This document shows positions 58,169 to 64,000 of a DNA stretch of 64,000 nt, piece after piece (position 1 is the stretch's first letter; each line of letters opens with the position of its first letter). The notes beneath the pieces were generated by a model that was given only the letters and a program-made list of their open reading frames with translations, ran no database searches and had not been told where the DNA came from. Position numbers and translations under genes: made by a program. This DNA is from Candidatus Komeilibacteria bacterium. Lineage in GTDB: Bacteria; Patescibacteriota; Patescibacteriia; UBA1558. The DNA is taken from assembly GCA_048538235.1 (NCBI GenBank), contig JBLYPX010000001.1, forward strand, positions 787,011-851,010, in the 5' to 3' direction.

Positions 58169-59112
58169 ATTATAAATAGATTTAGGAATAGTTCATTATC
58201 TAAGGGAGACGATTTCATGTCTAGATCAAGCTTAACCAACCTGTTAAATATCTGTTTTAAATCATCCATAGAGTATTTAGATAATAGGGGTAGTGATTTT
58301 TTTATAACAAAAGGATGAAGTCCTGTAGTACTACTTATGTCAGAGCTAGAGCTATTATTTGATACTAAGGATTTTAACTGTAGCAATATTCTGAATTGTC
58401 TGAGAATCATTGTTAGTAAGTATTGTTCATTAGCACCTTGTTCTAATTGCTCTTGTAAAAGTTTAATAGCTTTTGCTTGTTGTTGACTAGCAATAGCATC
58501 TGTTAAGTTAAAAATATTTTCATCTAATTTTCCTCTAGTTAATAATTCTATATCCTGTTCAATAATATTTTGACCATTCTTGTAATTAACCAGCTTATTA
58601 ATTTCAGAAGATAGTAACCATAAATTATTACCAACATTGGCAGTTAATAGATTTAAGGCTGGTAATGTAATTTTACCATTAAGCTTTTCTATTTCAGCTT
58701 TGGCCCAAGCGTTTAACCTACTATTATCTAGTGGTTCAAATTCACTTACATATTTATATGTAGATAGCTTTTTAAACAAAGAACTTCTTTTGTCTGGTTT
58801 TCCTTCTTGCCAAAAAAGTAGAAAGTTTTCATCAGAAGAATCTGTTTGTTTATTTAAATAATTTATTAAATCATCTTTTATCTTGTTTAGACCCTTATGG
58901 CTAAAGATGTTTTTAATAATGATTAATCTTTTGTCTGCTAAAAATCCAGCCTGTGAAACAGCTTCATTAAATTGTTCTAGAGTAAGTTCTGATCCATCTA
59001 AAAGTAAGGTATTAAAACCAGACTTATCTACCTCAGCTAAGAACTTATCTTTTATTTGTTTAACTTTTTGCCACGCTCTGTACGTGTCATCTCCATAGAA
59101 AAAGAAAATCAT
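58150..59112 (-). CDS. holA: DNA polymerase III delta subunit
   Basis: 320 aa. N-terminal MIFFFYGDDTYRAWQKVKQIKDKF and overall helical-domain pattern of HolA. Confidence 0.7.
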   Translation of the reverse strand: MIFFFYGDDTYRAWQKVKQIKDKFLAEVDKSGFNTLLLDGSELTLEQFNEAVSQAGFLADKRLIIIKNIFSHKGLNKIKDDLINYLNKQTDSSDENFLLFWQEGKPDKRSSLFKKLSTYKYVSEFEPLDNSRLNAWAKAEIEKLNGKITLPALNLLTANVGNNLWLLSSEINKLVNYKNGQNIIEQDIELLTRGKLDENIFNLTDAIASQQQAKAIKLLQEQLEQGANEQYLLTMILRQFRILLQLKSLVSNNSSSSDISSTTGLHPFVIKKSLPLLSKYSMDDLKQIFNRLVKLDLDMKSSPLDNELFLNLFIIKTPRI

Positions 59113-59194
59113 AATGATTTGACATATGTTATTCGTAGAGTTAAGATACTATGAAATAGTACTTTTTGCAATAAAGAAGAAAAGGAGGTCTGTT

Positions 59195-59311
59195 ATGAGG
59201 GCCAAACAAAAGGATCACAGTCTATTGTACGCCGTTATTACGGTTGTTGTTCTCTCCGCTGTGGTTTGGTTTTTTTTCGCCGGTGGCAAAGAGATGCTTC
59301 TGGGCGGTTAA
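59195..59311 (+). CDS. small single-TM protein (38 aa) with strong SD, relatively GC-rich
   Basis: AAAGGAGG, then 6 nt, then ATG. MRAKQKDHSLLYAVITVVVLSAVVWFFFAGGKEMLLGG. Followed by terminator 59330-59365. Confidence 0.35.
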   Translation: MRAKQKDHSLLYAVITVVVLSAVVWFFFAGGKEMLLGG

Positions 59312-59329
59312 TAAAACCCAATACAAAAC

Positions 59330-59365
59330 GAAAAGATTCCTTCGTTCAAGAAGGAATCTTTTTAT
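59330..59365. terminator. bidirectional terminator AAGATTCCTTC-GTTCAA-GAAGGAATCTT with T/A runs, between the small ORF and polA
   Basis: Perfect 11-bp stem. Confidence 0.65.
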
Positions 59366-62112
59366 TTTAATTCACCCCAGTTATTACCAGAGGCTATATC
59401 TACTTTAATTGGTACTTTTAGCTTATATATATTCTCCATTGTTTCTTGAATGAATTTTGTAACTTTTCTTACATCTTTGTCTGGAGCTTCTACCACAACT
59501 TCATCGTGTACTTGTAGTAGTAATTTAGAGTTTGGTGAAATGCTTGGAAGTTCTTCCCAGATTTTTATCATAGCCAGCTTCATAATATCTGCAGCCGTTC
59601 CTTGTACAGGCATATTTATTGCGGTTCTTTCAGCAGCAGCTTGCATGAACGGTATTCTAGAATTAATATCTGGTAAATATCTTCTACGTTTAAATAGTGT
59701 TTCAACGTATCCGTTTTCGTGAGCAAATTCTTTTGTAGCATCTAAATACTGTTTAATCTTTTTATACAACTCTAAATAGTTGTCAATAAATTGTTTAGCT
59801 TCTGTTCTGTTTAGGTCTGTGCTTTTAGCAAGGCCGGTTGAGCCAAGTCCATAGATAATACCAAAGTTAATAGCTTTTGCCTGGTATCTTTGTTCAAAGC
59901 TTACATCTTTAATATCTATATGATTAATTTCAGCAGCTGTTCGCCTATGAATGTCTTCTCCTTTCTTAAACGAAGCACTCATTTTAGGATCGTCAGCAAG
60001 CGAGGAAATTATTCTTAATTCAACTTGAGAATAATCTGCTCCAATTAATTTATATCCCGGTCTAGTTATAAAACCTTTACGTATTTCACGACCTAGATCT
60101 GTACGAATAGGAATATTTTGCAAATTAGGATCAGATGAAGATAATCTACCAGTAGCTGTTACTGCTTGGTTATAACTTGTATGAACACGACCTGTTTTAG
60201 AATTAATAAGTTCTGGGAGTGCATCAAGATAGGTGTTTTTAAGTTTAGAATACTCTCTAAAGTCAGAAATTAAATCTATAATTGGATGAAGTCCTTTCAT
60301 TTTTTCTAATTGAGCAGCATCAGTTGAAAAGCCAGTTTTAGTTTTCTTTAATCCAGCTGTAGATACATTAAGTTTTTCAAATAGTATTTCTTTTAACTGT
60401 TTAGGTGAGGCCACATTAAATTCTTCACCCGCTAACTTATATATTTTTTGTTCAATAGATTTAATTCTTTTTGTTAAATCTTTATTCATTGAGTTCAAAA
60501 ACTTTTCATCAATTTTAATACCAGTTAATTCCATATTGGCCAGAACTTTAACTAGCGGCATTTCAATATCTTTCAAAAGATCAAACATTTTTTCTTCCCG
60601 TATTTGATCATAGAATACCTTGTATAACCTCCAGGTATAGTCGGCATCTTCACAAGCATAAGGAGACACCTTACTAATGTCTATATCTACCATGCTTAGC
60701 TGTTTTTTACCTTTAGGACCTATTAAATCTGTTATTGGTTGCATTTTATACCCGAACTCTGAAAAGGCTAAATCATCTAATTTTAGGCTTCTGGTGGGTG
60801 GCAAAAGTAAATAACCAGCTAGCATAGTATCGAAAAAAAGGTTGTTTGTATCTATACCAGCAACTTTTAATACTTTGTAATCATATTTAATATTATGACC
60901 AATCTTTTTAATTTTATTGTCTGTAAAAATTGGTTCTAGTTTTTTAAGCCATGCTTTATTATTTTTAATATCTAAATAATATGCAGTGCCAGTTTCCCAG
61001 CAAAAACTAATACCAAGAAGTTCGCAAGTTAAAGGATCTAAACTAGATGTTTCTGTGTCAAAAGCAAAGACGGGTTGTTTTTTTAACTCAGCTAGAAATG
61101 TATTAAATTGTTTTTCTGTATTTATTAGATTATATCCACTACTCATTTTAGATTGGGAGATAGAAGCGTATTCCTCGGTGTCTTTTGTTTTATTACCCTT
61201 AGCTAGTTTTGTTGGAATCTTTGTGAGTAAACTTTTGAATTCAAATCTTTGAAATGCTTTATATACTTCTTCTGGATCAAAGCCAGTAGTTTTCATGTCT
61301 TTTAAAGAAACATCTATTTTTACATTGGTAACAATAGTTGCTAGTTTATAACTTTGGTAAGCTTGTTCTTTTTGTTCTTTAAGAAGTTGTTTATTACGAT
61401 CAGATATCTTATCTGTTTTATCTAATGCTTTGTAGATGTTATCCAGATTGCCAAATTCTTTAATCATATCCGTAGCACCTTTGTCACCAATTCCTTTAAC
61501 GCCAGGAATATTATCTGAAGGATCACCTCTTAAAGCTTTGTAGTCAATAACTTGTCTTGGTCCAAAACCATATCTTTCTTTAACAGCTGCTTCATCATAG
61601 GTGATGGTATCTGTTATACCCCTTCTAATTGTGAAGACACTATTATTTTTATTAACCAATTGCAAAGCATCCATATCTCCTGTAACAATAATGCATTTCA
61701 ATTCTGGTTTAGTCTTGTTCATTTTACTAACCAAGGTTCCAATAACATCATCTGCTTCATAACCCTCAGCTGTATAGATGGGAATATTAAAAACATCTAG
61801 CACATCATATACTAAATCTATTTGATCAATGAACTCTTCTGGTGGAGCTTCACGTTGAGCTTTATAATCTCCAAACTCTTCATGTCTAAAAGTAGGACCT
61901 TTAAGGTCAAAAGTGCAAGCAATATATTCAGGCTCAAATTCTTTAATAATTTTTAATAGAATAGAAGTAAAGCCATAGACAGCATTAACCATAGTTCCAT
62001 CTTTTGTTCTAAGCGGAGGCAAAGCATGCCAAGCTCTGTGTAATAGAGCATGACCATCTATTATTATTAATTTTTCTTCTTTTTTTGCCATAATATGTAT
62101 ATATTTTACCAT
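59362..62112 (-). CDS. polA: DNA polymerase I (5'-3' exonuclease, 3'-5' exonuclease-like and polymerase domains)
   Basis: 916 aa. 5'-nuclease IIIDGHALLHRAWHA. Polymerase motifs RRAAKAINFGIIYG and VHDEVVVEA. True start may be the second Met (MAKKEEK). Confidence 0.95.
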   Translation of the reverse strand: MVKYIHIMAKKEEKLIIIDGHALLHRAWHALPPLRTKDGTMVNAVYGFTSILLKIIKEFEPEYIACTFDLKGPTFRHEEFGDYKAQREAPPEEFIDQIDLVYDVLDVFNIPIYTAEGYEADDVIGTLVSKMNKTKPELKCIIVTGDMDALQLVNKNNSVFTIRRGITDTITYDEAAVKERYGFGPRQVIDYKALRGDPSDNIPGVKGIGDKGATDMIKEFGNLDNIYKALDKTDKISDRNKQLLKEQKEQAYQSYKLATIVTNVKIDVSLKDMKTTGFDPEEVYKAFQRFEFKSLLTKIPTKLAKGNKTKDTEEYASISQSKMSSGYNLINTEKQFNTFLAELKKQPVFAFDTETSSLDPLTCELLGISFCWETGTAYYLDIKNNKAWLKKLEPIFTDNKIKKIGHNIKYDYKVLKVAGIDTNNLFFDTMLAGYLLLPPTRSLKLDDLAFSEFGYKMQPITDLIGPKGKKQLSMVDIDISKVSPYACEDADYTWRLYKVFYDQIREEKMFDLLKDIEMPLVKVLANMELTGIKIDEKFLNSMNKDLTKRIKSIEQKIYKLAGEEFNVASPKQLKEILFEKLNVSTAGLKKTKTGFSTDAAQLEKMKGLHPIIDLISDFREYSKLKNTYLDALPELINSKTGRVHTSYNQAVTATGRLSSSDPNLQNIPIRTDLGREIRKGFITRPGYKLIGADYSQVELRIISSLADDPKMSASFKKGEDIHRRTAAEINHIDIKDVSFEQRYQAKAINFGIIYGLGSTGLAKSTDLNRTEAKQFIDNYLELYKKIKQYLDATKEFAHENGYVETLFKRRRYLPDINSRIPFMQAAAERTAINMPVQGTAADIMKLAMIKIWEELPSISPNSKLLLQVHDEVVVEAPDKDVRKVTKFIQETMENIYKLKVPIKVDIASGNNWGELK

Positions 62113-62135
62113 TAATTTAAGCTTTAAGGAAGCAA

Positions 62136-62161
62136 AAAACGCCCTATTCTAAGGCGTTTTT
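62136..62161 (-). terminator. terminator AACGCC-N9-GGCGTT flanked by T/A runs after the 62144 small gene
   Basis: Read directly. Confidence 0.45.
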
Positions 62162-62293
62162 GTTGTTCATAGTAATTTTTTTAACATCCCTCTCTTTTTT
62201 CATACCAATTCCTAGTACTAGTATTAATCCAATAACCGCAAGAGCAGCAATAGATATTAGTAAAACGTGAAAACCATTTAATTGGTTATACAT
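62144..62293 (-). CDS. small single-TM protein (49 aa) with GAGGAGGG SD
   Basis: Internal ATG of the 92-aa ORF, preceded by a consensus SD: MYNQLNGFHVLLISIAALAVIGLILVLGIGMKKERDVKKITMNNKNALE. Confidence 0.35.
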   Translation of the reverse strand: MYNQLNGFHVLLISIAALAVIGLILVLGIGMKKERDVKKITMNNKNALE

Positions 62294-62376
62294 AATCCCT
62301 CCTCTTTGTTGGTAATATAATAGCAGATGTAGGGGGAAATAAAAAGCACCTCGGTGTTCTGAGGCGCTCATAGATT

Positions 62377-62553
62377 TCAGTTTTTTGGCGGATGTTTGTA
62401 CTTGAGTCCGCACTTTGGGCAATAGTGACCTATTACCTTTGTTGGTGCTTTTTGAGGTGGACCCCCAATTCTTATGGGGCCCTGGCGTGGCATAGTAATG
62501 GTATCTTCTTCAAGTGCTGTTTTACAAAAAACACAATTTCCGCTTTCTGACAT
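62377..62553 (-). CDS. small zinc-ribbon protein (CxxC…CxxC), 58 aa
   Basis: MSESGNCVFCKTALEEDTITMPRQGPIRIGGPPQKAPTKVIGHYCPKCGLKYKHPPKN, preceded by AGGAGGA SD. Terminator-like GCGCCUC-AGAACACC-GAGGUGC plus U5 at 62346-62370. Confidence 0.45.
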   Translation of the reverse strand: MSESGNCVFCKTALEEDTITMPRQGPIRIGGPPQKAPTKVIGHYCPKCGLKYKHPPKN

Positions 62554-62668
62554 TTTACGTCCTCCTGTCATTTATTTGTTATTTACGTCAGAGAGATTAT
62601 CTTCTCATTTATATGTATTTTTGTCAAACAAAAACACCCCGATGTTCTGAGGTGTTTATTTGATTTGT

Positions 62669-63037
62669 TTATAGCTTTGGTTGAGATTTTTCATTGCTCT
62701 CGCGTAGGGGGTGAACTTTTAAAACGTATAACCACCCAATATCTGTTGCTACGTAATGCAGCGTTACAGTTTTTGGGTTCGGCGTTCCAATCATGGCCTG
62801 CAATTTTTCGTATTCCTTTGTTGAACCTTCATAATACTCGCATAAGGTATTGGTTTGGTAGTTGTAATCAAATACCATAATTGCTTGTTCTGCTACACAC
62901 ATGGTTGGGTTGTGTAGATCATTTAAAAACTCGGATGCCCAAGCTGGTCTGTCCACCAGATATGTTGAGTGCTTGGTGATTGTGCATCCGCTTAGAATCA
63001 TCAATAGCGCCGTGCATATAATGATCATTCTTTTCAT
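62669..63037 (-). CDS. hypothetical lipoprotein (lipobox LSGC), 122 aa
   Basis: Signal peptide MKRMIIICTALLMILSGC. Followed by terminator ACACCUC-AGAACAUC-GGGGUGU plus U5 at 62630-62656, which shares its loop and stem with the 62346 terminator. Confidence 0.45.
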   Translation of the reverse strand: MKRMIIICTALLMILSGCTITKHSTYLVDRPAWASEFLNDLHNPTMCVAEQAIMVFDYNYQTNTLCEYYEGSTKEYEKLQAMIGTPNPKTVTLHYVATDIGWLYVLKVHPLRESNEKSQPKL

Positions 63038-63190
63038 AACATTCCTCCTATTCTGTTAATGCCTTATGGCTAGCGGTTGTTAACGTTCTTTAATAAGGTA
63101 CTTTATATTAAAAAGGCCATTATGTCAAATATTCAAACAAAAAAGCGTCTCAATCAAGTTTGACTCGATGAGACGCTTTGGTTTGTTTTT

Positions 63191-63859
63191 TTAGAACGTT
63201 TGTATGGCCCAGATAATTGTTACCAGGATCATACTTGATTCATTTGCGATTTCTGCAATCAGTAGACCTTTACGATTTCTATCCAAGCCGTGTTCGCGAA
63301 TAGCTAAGTAGGTTTGGAAGATGCGGATGTTGGTCATTGCATGAAAAGCGATCAGCATCACTGGATCTAGTCCGGCGCCACCATCGGTGTATACTTTCCA
63401 GGCCCACATGATTTGTGGAGCTGCTCGTACCATAGCTGAGTAAATCCCTTTTTGTATAGGATCAGCAATAGTGTTGTATACTTTGCGGCGGCTAAGCCAG
63501 AAGATCAGGGTTGTTACAGTGATAAGTGAAAGAACTAATCCAATGGTGAACCAATCCTTTGCATCCCAGACACCGATATCCTTGATAAACATCACCACTA
63601 TGAAACTTCCATAGGTGACGAAACCAAGAATGTAGATCAAAATGATCTGGTATGTGAGTCGACTTCCACCATTGCCGTGCATTTTCAGCACTAGGTAGAA
63701 GTTGATCAGTAAAGCTATCTCAGTGATGATATAGTTGCTGATACTCACGCCTTGCATGGACATAGTCCACATATGACTCAATTGCGACCACCAGAAAGGC
63801 AGTGCAAGAATCAGGTGTGCCCACATGAGAATATCAGTGAGCTTTCTTTTTTGTGTCAC
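63191..63859 (-). CDS. hypothetical polytopic membrane protein (GTG start), higher-GC region
   Basis: 222 aa, 6-7 TM. No family recognised. Confidence 0.35.
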   Translation of the reverse strand: MTQKRKLTDILMWAHLILALPFWWSQLSHMWTMSMQGVSISNYIITEIALLINFYLVLKMHGNGGSRLTYQIILIYILGFVTYGSFIVVMFIKDIGVWDAKDWFTIGLVLSLITVTTLIFWLSRRKVYNTIADPIQKGIYSAMVRAAPQIMWAWKVYTDGGAGLDPVMLIAFHAMTNIRIFQTYLAIREHGLDRNRKGLLIAEIANESSMILVTIIWAIQTF

Positions 63860-63861
63860 TT

Positions 63862-64000
63862 TAATCTGCTTTTACTATCCTCATGGGGGATGGAGTCAGT
63901 TTTGGTCGTTCTTTATCCCAAAGGATAAGCCCGGTAATCAGAGTGATTAAGACAAACATGGCAACTGGATATACGTATATAACGAATGCCCACTTGTTGA
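63862..64000 (-). CDS. hypothetical membrane protein, 5'-truncated by window edge
   Basis: C-terminal 46 codons (…NKWAFVIYVYPVAMFVLITLITGLILWDKERPKLTPSPMRIVKAD). Same strand as the preceding gene and abuts it. Confidence 0.3.

Overview
This 64 kb window looks like a chromosomal segment from a low-GC (about one-third G+C by eye), small-genome bacterium whose gene content resembles Candidate Phyla Radiation / Patescibacteria (Parcubacteria-like). All identifications below come from reading the six-frame translations and the raw sequence. No searches or computations were run.

**Core content.** The window carries a chromosomal origin locus in the order yidC, yidD, rnpA, rpmH, then an intergenic region with DnaA-box-like sites, dnaA, a second such region, dnaN. 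It also holds most of the transcription and repair core: nusA, rpoB, rpoC, recA, ruvA, ruvC, uvrB, polA, holA and ftsK. Cell-envelope genes include a class A penicillin-binding protein, a Mur ligase, a FemAB-family transferase, a Wzx-type flippase, an O-antigen-ligase-like protein, a RodZ-like protein, bactofilin and a GT-C-like membrane protein. A redox/central-metabolism block runs CsoR-family regulator, trxB, trxA, gdh, malic enzyme. Three tRNAs are present (Ala-GGC, Arg-CCU, Ser-CGA), plus a 3'-truncated H+-pyrophosphatase gene at the left edge.

**Main finding.** A nine-gene minus-strand operon at 27095..32050 consists of an orphan sugar-type ABC substrate-binding lipoprotein translationally coupled (ATGA overlap) to eight tandem paralogs of a small secreted two-transmembrane-helix protein with TrbC/VirB2-like (type IV secretion pilin-like) architecture. 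The paralogs split into two subfamilies with hypervariable exposed N-termini. The two terminal paralogs carry cysteine-rich C-terminal modules. One internal paralog has its own consensus promoter and strong ribosome-binding site. No T4SS ATPase or channel genes are in the window.

**Other notable points.**
- A two-Cys CsoR-family regulator with an operator-like 19-nt GC palindrome sits inside a consensus promoter that appears to make a leaderless mRNA.
- At least three promoters follow the pattern -35, 17 bp, -10, 6 nt, ATG, implying leaderless translation and mis-called upstream starts in the ORF track.
- A family of TGTTC-N6-GAACA palindromes surrounds the tRNA genes.
- Two candidate structured ncRNAs have their own promoters and terminators.
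- Several gene islets have conspicuously higher GC than their neighbours (4.1-5.0 kb, 47.6-48.95 kb, 52.4-53.7 kb, prs, 62.1-64 kb).

No CRISPR array, rRNA, transposase or integrase was seen.
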